Shown: positions 1 to 11,760 of the stretch, piece by piece
How positions within the stretch are numbered: the first letter of the stretch is position 1
Layout: the number at the start of each line of letters is the position of its first letter
From: the human T2T-CHM13v2.0 reference genome, Homo sapiens
Length of the DNA: 64,000 nt
Assembly: GCF_009914755.1 (NCBI RefSeq)
Contig: NC_060934.1
Direction: 5' to 3' (one strand)
Notes under the pieces: model-generated
Seen by the model: the letters and a program-made list of their open reading frames with translations, nothing else
Database searches by the model: none
What the model was told of the DNA's origin: nothing
Translations under genes and position numbers: made by a program

Positions 1-188
1 AATTCTGTAAGGATAATGGACTGGAAATAAGAGTTCAAAAGAAAAATGTAGACTTTCTAAATGTTAAGGAATAATGTGTTCATGTATCTCTCTATATTTG
101 TATATTTTATATTTTTTTAGATATGGGGTTTCATGGTAAAAAGGAATCTGAGGAGAAAAGAAAAATAAAAAAAAAAAGAAAGAAAAAA

Positions 189-470
189 AGAGATGAGGTC
201 TTACTCTGTTGCCCCAACTGGAGTGCAGTGGTATGATCATACCTCACTGTAGCCTTGAACTCCCGAACTCAAACGATCCTCTTGTCTCAGCCGCTTGAGT
301 AGTTGGGATTACAGGCACGTACCACCATGCCTTGCTGATTTTTAAATTTTTTGTAGAGATGGAGTCTCACCACGTTGCCCAGGCTGGTCTCAAACTCCTG
401 GCCTCAAGTGATCCTCCTGCTTTTGCCTCCCAAGTTGCGGGGATTAAAGCGTGAGCTACTGTGCCCGGCC
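189..470 (-). mobile_element. Alu (AluJ-like)
   Basis: Reverse-complement Alu body ending gtgcccggcc. Confidence 0.9.
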
Positions 471-979
471 CCATATTTTTTTAAATGAGTGATGGCTGGA
501 TATGTTTAAATGAGGATTTAGCAGTTTTATTTTAAATTCCATTTTATCTTTAAATGCATTATATCCTCTACATTTATTTAAAATTATGGTGAAAAAAATT
601 AGTTACCATATTAAAACTGTGTGGGGGACATTATAGCTTATTGAAATTATTTTAATTGTTTGCGTATAAAATAATTGGAAAAAGTTTCGTATAGGATACC
701 TAGGTAAAAATATTTTCTGCATTTTAAGTTTACTTTAGACAGCACTAAGAAAAGTCGTTTTTTGTAGCTACTTAAGTATAAAGAAAATAAAATCAGACTT
801 TTTTTCAGTGAAAATGTGGCTTTTGACATTTTTTTCCTGTAGTTTTTTTCTTTTGACTTTGGAGCCTTAGATGATTAGGGAAATGGTTCTCAACCTTTCC
901 TTCTGATGTTGGATGGGTTCTCTTTAAACAGTGAAGAAGACAGAGGGGATTGAGGTATAGTAATTAATTTATTTTTTCA

Positions 980-1650
980 GTTATTCACTTACCTAATATT
1001 TATTGAGTGCCTTCTGCATGCCAAGCATTCTTCTAAGTGATAGGGATACAGTGATGAGCTAGATGGAATGTGGACCATATTCTAATAGAGTGAGGTAGTA
1101 AAGATAGATCTCTGTTGTTGGATAATGTAGCTGTTAGTTATATGTAGTTACTAAAATAATTAAAATTTAAATGTAAAAGTCAGTGTCTCATTCAGATTGG
1201 CCACATTTCAAATGCTCTATAGCCACATGTGACTAGTGGGCTACCATTTTAGACAGCACAGACATAGTAAACGTTCATCATCACAGGGAGTTCCATTGGA
1301 CAACACTGAGATAGACTAACCAAGAAATTATAGCATGGTATAAGTGCTATGATAGGGAAGTACAGGTTGCTATGAGAGAACAGAAAATAACAAGCCTTCA
1401 GAAGTTAAGGAAAGCTTTCTCAAGGAAGTGATATCTCTGGCGAGTCCTGAAGGATGAGTAAAAAATCATATGGGAAAAGGAAACTGGGAAACTTATTTCA
1501 GAAATAGCCTGCACAAAAGCCTGGAAGTGAAAAGAGAGCAGTATATGGATATATTGAGAGTGAAAGAGTAGCAAGAGATGAGGCAGGGGCTTGTATAACA
1601 TGCTCATGTTACACATAGGGCCTTGTATAACATGCTCAGAAGTTTAGGCT
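980..1650 (-). mobile_element. L2 fragment interrupted by MER3
   Basis: atatttattgagtgcc...gggatacagtg, typical of the antisense L2 3' end. Confidence 0.6.
1111..1308 (-). mobile_element. MER3-like hAT-Charlie MITE
   Basis: agccacatgtgactagtg and ccattggacaacactg terminal motif. Confidence 0.75.
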
Positions 1651-1976
1651 TTGAAGCTAATCTTTCACTGGGCTTCCCTCACTGATAGCCATATTTTGGT
1701 TTGGTCAATCAAAAATCTATAAAGCCTAAGTAATAAGTTTGGTAGGTGTCAAATTGTTTAAACATAACTTTATTCTTCCTAATAGTCATGATACAAACAA
1801 ATTACTATCTTTAAACTATAATGGCAAAACTTATTCTTGACATTCTGTATGAAATGCTATTAAACATTTACATTCTAGTTAGAGAATTTAAAGTGACTCT
1901 TGGGGTAAAGAAGTATCTGTTTTAGTTGTATGTGTGTGTATGTGTATTTTTCATTACTCTGCTGATTTTATTTTAG

Positions 1977-2060
1977 GGTGACGAGGAAACATTTGAAAAC
2001 TATTATCGAAAACAAAGAAAGAAACAAGCAAGACTGGTATTGCAACCCCAGTCGAATATG
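1977..2060 (+). CDS. EXOC6: EXOC6 exon A, 84 nt, phase 0/0: GDEETFENYYRKQRKKQARLVLQPQSNM
   Basis: ttttag|GGT acceptor, ATG|gtaagt donor, open frame. Confidence 0.96.
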
Positions 2061-2144
2061 GTAAGTATGCGATATTTTGAATTGGTTATGTTGTCACTTT
2101 TTATCCCCTTACCCTGTTTTAATTTCTTCAAAGCATGTATCACT

Positions 2145-2340
2145 GTTCATTCAACTACAAATATTTATTGAACACCTACCATTTCCAAACATTGGTTTAG
2201 GTGCTAAGGGTACAGCAGTGAACCAAATAGATAAGTCCCTTTTCTCATGAGCTTACATTCTATTAGGAAAGATAGACAGCGAATTTAAAAAAAAAAAAAA
2301 GGACCAACAAGAAATATATAAAATATCAGGGAATGATAGT
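2145..2340 (-). mobile_element. L2 3' end; appears to resume near 7330-7530 after the L1 block
   Basis: ttcattcaac..atatttattgaacacctac..gagcttacattcta. Confidence 0.65.
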
Positions 2341-3815
2341 TTCTGACAACATAGTGGATTATGTATCTTGATTAATTGTCCCACTGAAAATACAACTGAA
2401 GATGCTAGATAGACATTTAAAACAAACAAACAAAAAGACAAGAAACTAAGTGAATAAGGAACTGTTCTATATATTGGTTGTGGTGATAGTTACATTAGTA
2501 GATGTGTTTGTAAAACTCATAGAAGCTGAATATTGAAGAGTTTTATTGTATGTGACTAATACCTCAATATATCTGACTATAAAACAATCAAAACAGGAAA
2601 ACCCAAATGAAGGCAGAAATGCAGATAGGTTTAATGAAACACTGAATATAGCTTTTATCCTAGGAGAATCTGCTGAGTAGGAAAGCATGAGTTTTGACGA
2701 CATTGGGTACAGAGGGCTAAGCCCAGAGCCCACCCAAAGTAGGTGTCTAATAAGAGATTGTCTCCCTTGTAAGCTGAGACTCCAAAGGATTTAAAGCCCC
2801 ATTATTAGGATGAGCTAGAGATAAAACCATCTAAAAATCCTTCTGTTCCCTCTGGCGAATACTGTAAGGAAAATTACCTATCTCAAATCTTGCTGAGTGA
2901 ATGAGAGAAAAAATCCTTCTGAGAATTCATAATAAGCAGTTTGTTACCACTTGTGTTTGCAACCCAAATTCATCATACATGGATAGTCAAAGACATCTCA
3001 AGCTCAACATTTCAAGTATTTCCATCCTGATACTATCTCCAAGTGCCTGGCAGAAGCAAATACAGATCTCTGCACCTTCATTCCAGAGTTAAACTGAGCA
3101 ATTCACAGTCAGAAATAATTACCAAACGAGTGAGAATCGTAAGAAATATTAACAACAAAAATAGATTCTAAAAGACTCGATATTTGAATTATTAGCCATA
3201 GAGTATATAATAGTGCTACTTAGTATATTTAAAGAAATAAAAGCCAAGCTTGCTAATATAAATAGGGAACAGAAACTATAAAGAATGACCAAATAGATGT
3301 GAAGAAATATCAGGTAGAATATCTAGAAATTAAATACATATTAACTGAAGTTAAAAATATTATGAATAGGTTTAACAGTTGATGAATTCTCTCTTAGTTA
3401 ATCTGAAGAAACTATGTGGAAGTAAGCATCACAAAGACACAGAAGGAAAAATTACTGAAGTGAGACATGAGGGATACAGAGAAGTCTAACATATATCTAA
3501 TTGGAGTTTCAGAAAGAGGATAGAGCAAATGAGACTGAAGAATATTTGATGCCATATGGCTGAGAATTTTCTGGGACAGATGAGAAATAGAAATCCACAG
3601 AGTCAAGTCCAAGGAATCCCAGGTACCTTAAATAAAAAGAAATACACTCTTAGAAACTTTATAATTAAATTGCAGAACACCAAAGATAAAGAGGAATGGA
3701 AGACCTGAAAACTATTATCAGCTGTCTTGATCTGATTGACATTTATTGAATACTCCACCCCGGATGGAAGAATACACACGCTTTACATGTGCACATGGAA
3801 GATTCACCAATATCA

Positions 3816-4252
<437 letters not shown>

Positions 4253-4483
4253 TCACTTCTTTCAACAATTAAAGGGGATCATGGACCTAAATGTAAGAGT
4301 TAAAATTGTAAACTTTTAGGAAAAAACAAAGGATAAAATCTTTATTACTCTATAATGTATTTATAGTATTTTCCTATGTGAGTTACATAAAGCATGAGCC
4401 ATAAAAGAAAAAAAATAGATGATTTGAACATCAAAATCTAAAACTTCTGCTTTTCAAAAGGTGTTGTTAAGAAAATGAAAAAG

Positions 4484-4826
<343 letters not shown>

Positions 4827-4924
4827 TCATGTCTAAAAAGGGGCTTTATCCAGAATATGTAAAGAACTTGTATAACTCAGTAATTGAAGACCAATAAACC
4901 AATTTAAAAATGGACAAAAGATTT

Positions 4925-5258
4925 TTTTTTTTAGTGTAGTACTGAGTTTACTAGAATAAACAGAAAATAGAACAGAATAGATGATTGAGAAACAAATTTA
5001 AGTGTATATAAGAACAACTGTCAGGCTATTTTTTTTAGTTGACATATAATAATTGTACATATCTATGGGACATAGAGTGATATTTTGATACATATATATA
5101 TAATGTGTAATGATCAAATCAGAGTAATTAGCATATTCATTGTGAAAAACTATACTGAACATCTTCTCACATGTTTATTTGCCATCAGTTTATCTCTGGT
5201 AAAATGTCTATTCAAATCTTTTGTCCATTCCACGCTCTAGGAACAAAGCTGGATGGAG
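4925..5258 (-). mobile_element. Composite TPRT insertion: poly(A), unique segment, L1MA 3' end, inverted flank copy, L1PA ORF1 fragment
   Basis: 16-bp direct repeat aatggacaaaagattt at 4909-4924 and 5259-5274; T-tract at the left end. Confidence 0.8.
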
Positions 5259-5346
5259 AATGGACAAAAGATTTGAATAGACATTTTACCAAAGATAAAC
5301 TGATGGCAAATAAGCATATGAGAAGATGCTCAGTATAATTTTTTCA
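5143..5346. repeat. Inverted repeat, arms 5143-5230 and 5258-5346, 27-nt spacer
   Basis: Hand alignment: inner 34 bp perfect, 4 mismatches over the inner 80 bp. Confidence 0.95.
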
Positions 5347-7783
5347 TCAGGGAAATGCAAATTAAAACCACAATAAGATACCACTGCATACTTACTAGAA
5401 TGACTAAAATTGAAAGGATTGATAATAGCAAGTGCTGGTGAGGATGTGAATCAAGTGGAACTCTCATACACTTCTGATAGATATAAAATTATACTGCCAC
5501 TTTGGAAAATGGTTTGGCAATTTGTTACAATGTTGAGCAAACTCTTCTATGACCTAGCAGTCCTGCTCCTAGGTATTTATCCATGAGAAATGAAAATGTA
5601 TCTTTATACAGTGGCTCATATGTGAATGTTTGTAGTAGCTTTATTATAAACACCAAAAACTAGAGACATCTGAATGTCTGTGAACTAGTGAATAAATTGT
5701 GGTACATCCATATGTATAAACAAATTATTGTATGTTTTATATAATGGAACTACTCGGCACTAAAAGGGAATTGATACATGCAGTGATATGGATGAATCTC
5801 AAAAGTATTATTCTAAGTGAAAAAAATTCATATGCAGTAAAGTTATATATAATATGAGTAATGTTATATGACATTTTTGAAAAGACAAAACTCTAGGACA
5901 GAATGGGATCAGTGGTGGCCAAGGGCTATGGGTTCGGCAGGATAATTCTCTACAAAAGAGCAGGAGGGAACTTTCTGAGATGGAAATGTTGTATTTTTTT
6001 ATTTATCTGGTGGTTACACAACTGTCTACATTTGTCAAAACTCAGTGAACTCTACATGTAAAAAAGGGTTAATTTTATTATATGTAAATTGTACCTCAAT
6101 AAACTTAACTTTAGAAACAAACATAAACAGAAAATCTTAAAGGTACCCAGAAAGAGGTTATTTTCAAGTAAACAAAACAATAAAATATTTTCAATTCTGA
6201 AAAAAGTAACTGTCAACTTAGGATTCTATATCCAGTGAAACAAGGGCAGAGATAGACATTTTCAGACAAAGAAGAGCAGAGTTGGCCACTAAGACACGCT
6301 TACTAAGGAGATCCTAAGGATATGCTTCAAACAAAAGGAATGTGATGCCAAAGGGAAGATGTGAGATGCAAGAAGGAATGAATAGCAAAAAAAGTATAAA
6401 TATTTAGGTAAATCTAAAATGACTGTAGGAAATAATGTAAAATATTGTGGACATTAAAACAACATAGAATTTTAATTTGTGCAGCAGCAATAAGAAAAAA
6501 TAAGATAGAATTAAAATACACAACAGTAACATAAACATCAGAATGAGATGGAAGTTAGTGAAATTAAACTATCCTACAGTTTGAAGCGTCCAGCAGAAGA
6601 GTAAAAACATTGACTAGCTTTAGAGTTTGGTTACTTAAGGATGTGTAATGTGATTTCCAGAGTAACTACTGAAGGAATAGAAACAGGGTATATATACTTT
6701 TATATAATACAGGGAAAGCTAGAATGATAAGAATAAAATTTTTGTTATTTGTGTGCTTTTGAGTTGATAAAAATGGTAATTCTAAACCTATAAGCACTTG
6801 ATAACATTGACTCAAAGTATTTAAAGCAAAACTGCCACAACTACAAGGAGAAATAGAAAAATCCACAAGTATAGTGAGTTTTAAAATATGTGTCAGTATC
6901 TTCTAAACCAAGTAGACATAACATCAGTAAGAATACAAAACATGCTTAATAGGCTTCATCTAATGGAATATATAGAATCCTATTTCAACAACTGTAGGAA
7001 CATATTCTTTTCAAGCACACATGGACCATTATTAAAAATTTGACTACATACTATGCTATAAAGCAAGTATCAGGAAATATCAAGCATTTGGTGACATGTA
7101 GACTATATTTTCCAATCACAGTATTTCTAAGCTAAAACGTATTAATAATTCTTCCCCCAAAACACCTGAAGAAAACCCCAGATGTATGAAAATTTGATCA
7201 CATTCATGAAATTTGCAAAACATAACATTTGAACTTAATTGAAATATGAAATATTTCATGTAATAAACTTTTTATGAATGAAAGTCAAATGATCAAATAT
7301 TTTTCTATATGCCTTGTTAAAATTATAAACAATAGGCAATCATAAAACCATAAAAGGTTTTGGCAGAAGATATAATCTGATTACTATTTGAAAAATATCA
7401 TTCTGGCAGCTGGACAGGCTGGAAAATATCATTCTGGCAGCTGGACATTCTGGTAGGGGACAGGCTGGAAGTTGGGGAGACTATGTAGGAGGATGGTATA
7501 ATACATAGTCAAAGTAGAGGTGATGACAGCTTTGATTAGTCTGCTGAGAAGGGGGTTCTGAAATCATATTTCCTTTTTAACTTGTTTATCTCCTTTCGAA
7601 TGTACGTTCCATGAGAGTAAGGACTTTTTGTTATTTACAGATATATCCCTGGTACCTAAAAATGTACGTGGCATATAGTAGACTCTCAATAAATATTTGT
7701 TAATGAAGTTGTAGTGACTTGGAACTTACCTTTATGTTACCAGTATTTATTGGTTTAAATTGATTTTTATTTTTCATTTTAAG

Positions 7784-7830
7784 CATGAAACAGTTGATGG
7801 CTATAGAAGATATTTCACTCAAATTGTAGG
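7784..7830 (+). CDS. EXOC6: EXOC6 exon B, 47 nt, phase 0/2: HETVDGYRRYFTQIV(G)
   Basis: ttttaag|CAT acceptor, GG|gtatgt donor; followed by a 119-nt intron. Confidence 0.95.
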
Positions 7831-7949
7831 GTATGTATCTAATATGGAAATAACTATTATTAATTTTATATTATGTTAAATGCCAGAAATACTTACTTTC
7901 TATTAGGGTTTTTTTTTTTAACACATGCTTTGGTAATTACTGTTTTTAG

Positions 7950-8070
7950 GTTCTTTGTGGTAGAAGATCACATTTTACATGTGACCCAAGGATTAGTAAC
8001 CAGGGCATACACTGATGAACTTTGGAACATGGCCCTCTCAAAGATAATTGCTGTCCTTAGAGCTCATTCA
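7950..8070 (+). CDS. EXOC6: EXOC6 exon C, 121 nt, phase 2/0: FFVVEDHILHVTQGLVTRAYTDELWNMALSKIIAVLRAHS
   Basis: ttttag|G acceptor completes the GGG Gly codon; TCA|gtaagt donor; conserved Sec15 GFFVVED motif. Confidence 0.97.
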
Positions 8071-9453
8071 GTAAGTCAGACAATTTACATTACTAAAATT
8101 TTAATTCAGTTACTTCAAGAACTTCTGAGCTGCATAATGTCAGAGGAAAACTGTACCTCCATCATTCTGCATTTTTTTAGTAGTTGCTTAGATTTGGAAG
8201 TAGTAATGTCAGGCTTTTGTTTGGTAATATCAGACTATGATTTTGCAACTGACTGGGGCTTCCCAAAACACTTTTATTCTAGCATTATAGAAAATGAAGA
8301 ATTAAGCAGGTCTCATTAGTCTCAACTGACCTCTTCATTAGATCTCTGAAAAGCACCATGAAGAAAATGTTTTTAATTATCATTTCAATTCTTTGTTTCT
8401 AAAATAAACTCCACCATTAAAACTCAGTAGAACTTGTTCTTCAATGTTTACAATTTACAGTAATACACTATAATAATGAATTTCTTTAAAATTTGCGATT
8501 TTCAAAATTTGAAATATTGAACCTTTGTGTAATGAGAGGTTTTTATAGATGAAAATTAAATGATCAGCTATCTTCCTAATGCCTTTTCTGGAAATAACAA
8601 ATATGTTAGTGTTATAAAGACAATACTTAGTCAGTGTAGGCCTTTTTAAAAGTTGTAGTAGTTTACCTTTATTAATATATTTCATACTTAAAATTTTGTC
8701 TATTTATAATTTTATAATTGATCATTGAGATTTTTAAAAATTGAAGAAAGTTTGTTAGCTTATGTGATATTAAGATTATAAATAAGCTGCATTTTTATTT
8801 ATCAGGAATGTAGATTCTTGATACACTATCCAATGAACTACAACTTTTCCTAGCATATTAATAAAGAACAATACATTTTATCATGGTCGATATTCAGATC
8901 AGCTCTGAATATATAAAATTAAAGTATATTTCCTGTTAATTCCATGATACCAAATATGAAGTCATATTAAATACAGCATATCACTTTCAAAATCTTATTA
9001 AATGCTATGACAGGGACAGAGTAAATCTCACTGTCCCTTTGAAATTAATAATTTTCTTTTGGTTAATTACTAAGAAAATAATGAAATTGTAATTCTTATA
9101 TTGGAAAAAGTAATACATAGTGTCTCTTTTATAAGATGGAAAATAAGTAAATAGATGAAATGTGAAAATACATAGTCTATTATAAACCTTTTTCAGTTTA
9201 AATAACTAGTTCCTTAAAATCTAAAAACTTTTGAAATATAAGCATCATAAGTATCATATTATGATCTCCCTCTAAACGTTTATACTGAATAGAGAAGGTC
9301 TGTTGTGAATCTAACCAACCAAAATTTTAAACTTATTATAAGTCTGGCAGATTAAAAGAAACATTATCAATTTCTTATTTCTTAGTTTTTAATCATATGA
9401 CTCTGGTTTGTTGTTGTCGGTGTTTTGTTTTGTTTGTATGTTTCCACCCTCAG

Positions 9454-9525
9454 TCCTATTGCACTGATCCTGATCTTGTTCTGGAGCTGAAGAATCTTAT
9501 TGTAATATTTGCAGATACTTTACAG
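9454..9525 (+). CDS. EXOC6: EXOC6 exon D, 72 nt, phase 0/0: SYCTDPDLVLELKNLIVIFADTLQ
   Basis: ccctcag|TCC acceptor, CAG|gtgggt donor. Confidence 0.96.
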
Positions 9526-9799
9526 GTGGGTGATAACCTAACAATTAATGGTTATTCTGATCACTTAAAAACATACAAAATATAGGCTATACTCATTTAT
9601 GTTATTGTAGATTAGTGGCAGTAAATTAGTAGTAATAAATGTTTACCTACATATTGATATTCTGCTATTACCCAGGACTATTCATACCACTTCCTTTTCA
9701 ATTATGAAGCTTAGACAGAACTCAGGGATGCTACCATCTTTTAAAATATTGATCATTCAGTTAGAATAAAGTATTTTTATAGTTGAAAAAAAGAATACA

Positions 9800-10040
9800 G
9801 AGTATAATGGAAGGAACCGTGAACTAGAAATTAGAAGATATAAATTCTGCCTTAGGGCAGTGAGAAGTGGGTTCTAGAATCACATAGACCCAGAGTTTCT
9901 GTTCTGCCTGTGCTGTTGACTAATTGTATGCCTGCAGGTTCTTTAAGCTTTAGATCCTTATTTGTGAAAATGGGTTTATTACTAATTTCAGAATTGTTTT
10001 TAGTTTTAAATATGATACTTTGTATGAAAACACATGATTT
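9800..10040 (+). mobile_element. MIR fragments
   Basis: Degenerate MIR core (ttatttgtgaaaatggg). Confidence 0.5.
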
Positions 10041-10142
10041 GAAAACTGTATGTTCATTTTCTTCCTGGTTTCTGGTTTTCCATGTGTTCTATGAGCAAAT
10101 CACTTTACTTTTTTGAGTTGTTTTTCTCTTTTTAAAAATAAG

Positions 10143-10261
10143 GAGGATTGTTTGAACCCAGGAGGTGGAGGTTGCAGTGAGCCGAGATCGCGCCACTGCG
10201 CTCCCCTGGGCAACAGAGCGAGACTCCATCTCAAAACAAACAAAAAACACGAAACAAACAA
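10143..10261 (+). mobile_element. 5'-truncated Alu (right-arm 3' part)
   Basis: gaacccaggaggtggaggttgcagtgagccgag; TSD aaaaataag at 10134-10142 and 10262-10270. Confidence 0.9.
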
Positions 10262-10281
10262 AAAAATAAGATTTTTCTTTT

Positions 10282-10662
10282 TATTGGGAGTAATATTATC
10301 CTCTCCCCTTCGGATATTAAAAGCAATATCACCGGCAAGTTGTACACCTGCTGCGTTATTGGGAGTCATATCATCCTCTCCCACCTGGATATTAGAAACA
10401 ATATTACGGGGTGGGGTGTGTACACCCTCTGTGATATTAACAGTAATATTATTCTCTCCCTCCTCGATATTAGGAAAAATATCACAGCGGGGGGTTTATA
10501 ACCTCTGCGATATTGGGAGTAATATTATCCTCTCCCATCCTGGATATTTGGAACAATATCACAGGTGGGGTGTACACCCTCTGCGATATTGGGAGTAATA
10601 TCATCCTATTCCCCCCTGGATATTAGGAACAATGTCACCCCCTGAGATGTTGAAAGTAATAT
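10282..10662. repeat. SATR1/SATR2-type satellite, ~5 units of 75-78 bp
   Basis: Unit tattgggagtaatatcatcctctccc..ggatattaggaacaatatcacag..gtgtacaccctctgcga starts at 10282, 10357, 10435, 10511, 10587, with a partial unit at 10648. Confidence 0.85.
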
Positions 10663-11389
10663 AAAAAATAAGATTAAAACTAAATTATTTCAGAACTCAA
10701 TATTTTTGTGATTTTCAGTATCAAAGTTTTGAGATTTCTAGCTTGTCCTTCCTCCTTGATCACAGATAATAAAGAATTGATTGCATTTTCTTTTCCTGTG
10801 TAAATTTATGGGATTTTATGGTTAGAAGTAACTTTTCATGAAGTACAGACTAGCATTTTCCAAAGTGTGATAAGAGCTGTTACTTAAAAAAAGTGTCCCG
10901 TGGTCCAAAAGTAAAACATATTTCTCCACTGAAAACTTTTCTGAGAGCAAATTTATACCCATAAGTTCCCAAAAAGAAGATGATTATGCAGCATTTTCCC
11001 AATATATTTGACCCTTGAATCTTTTTCCCCCTTAGAACATCTTTTAGATCTAGAACTTTATATAATATGCTTTGGGAAATCCTGATTTAAACTATTTGCT
11101 TTATCACAAGAGTCTTTGCATCTTAGAATTATAGTTTTCTACTTTATTCTTAAACCTAAAGAGAAGATTCCACAAGCTCCTTTAGTAAATTATTTTATCA
11201 CTCATGTCTATTATATATTAATTTGTATGGCTTATATTTTAACAGCGGGATAAGGTGGGATTTTTTGTTGTTGTTTTCATAAATTTTGTGATGACTGTAT
11301 AATACTGATCTCGCTGCAAGAAAACTTTTGGGAAGTTTTATTTGGGGCTGTCCAAATTTTGGGAGCCCATTTCTAAGTAGCTTGAGATA

Positions 11390-11425
11390 TTAGGTTAGTG
11401 CAAAAGTAATTGTGATTTTTGCCAT
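11390..11425. mobile_element. MADE1 (Hsmar1-derived MITE), one intact half
   Basis: TA + ttaggttagtgcaaaagtaattgtgatttttgccat matches the Hsmar1/MADE1 TIR. Confidence 0.8.
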
Positions 11426-11481
11426 GGAGAGCAAAAGTAATAGTAATTTTGGATAGTAATTTTGCTGTACTTAATGACTTA

Positions 11482-11760
11482 AAGCACTTCTTCTCAAAGT
11501 GTGGTCTGTGGACCACTGGTCTGCAAACTGTTTGTTACTAGTCTGCAAATTATCTGTTAGATCCATAACAAAAAGGAACTTTCCTCAGAATGTAAATTAA
11601 CTATATCCCCAAGTACAAAGTTTAGTGCAGTTGGCATCTTGCTACAAGCAAGACTTTTTTTCAATATAGGTAGCAGCATCAATTTGTATTCTGGTGCAAA
11701 GTCCTTATTTCTTTGTAGACTGTAATAAATAGTTATTGGACTGGACTTTGAGTACAGCTG
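11482..11760 (+). mobile_element. hAT-Charlie element (MER119-like)
   Basis: Ends ctcaaagtgtggtc... and ...ggactttgagta form degenerate TIRs. Confidence 0.55.

Noticed and set aside
7873-8319. 148-aa ORF as a standalone protein
   Set aside because: Only 7950-8070 is EXOC6 exon; the rest is chance open intron. The same applies to ORFs at 9397, 21830 and 28175.
10282-10662. Regularly spaced repeats resembling a CRISPR array; 161-aa ORF 10113-10598
   Set aside because: The whole unit repeats with no unique spacers, there are no cas genes and the context is a primate intron. The ORF is an Alu plus satellite read-through.
11390-11475. miR-548-type hairpin
   Set aside because: The right arm of the MADE1 is destroyed, so no long stem can form.
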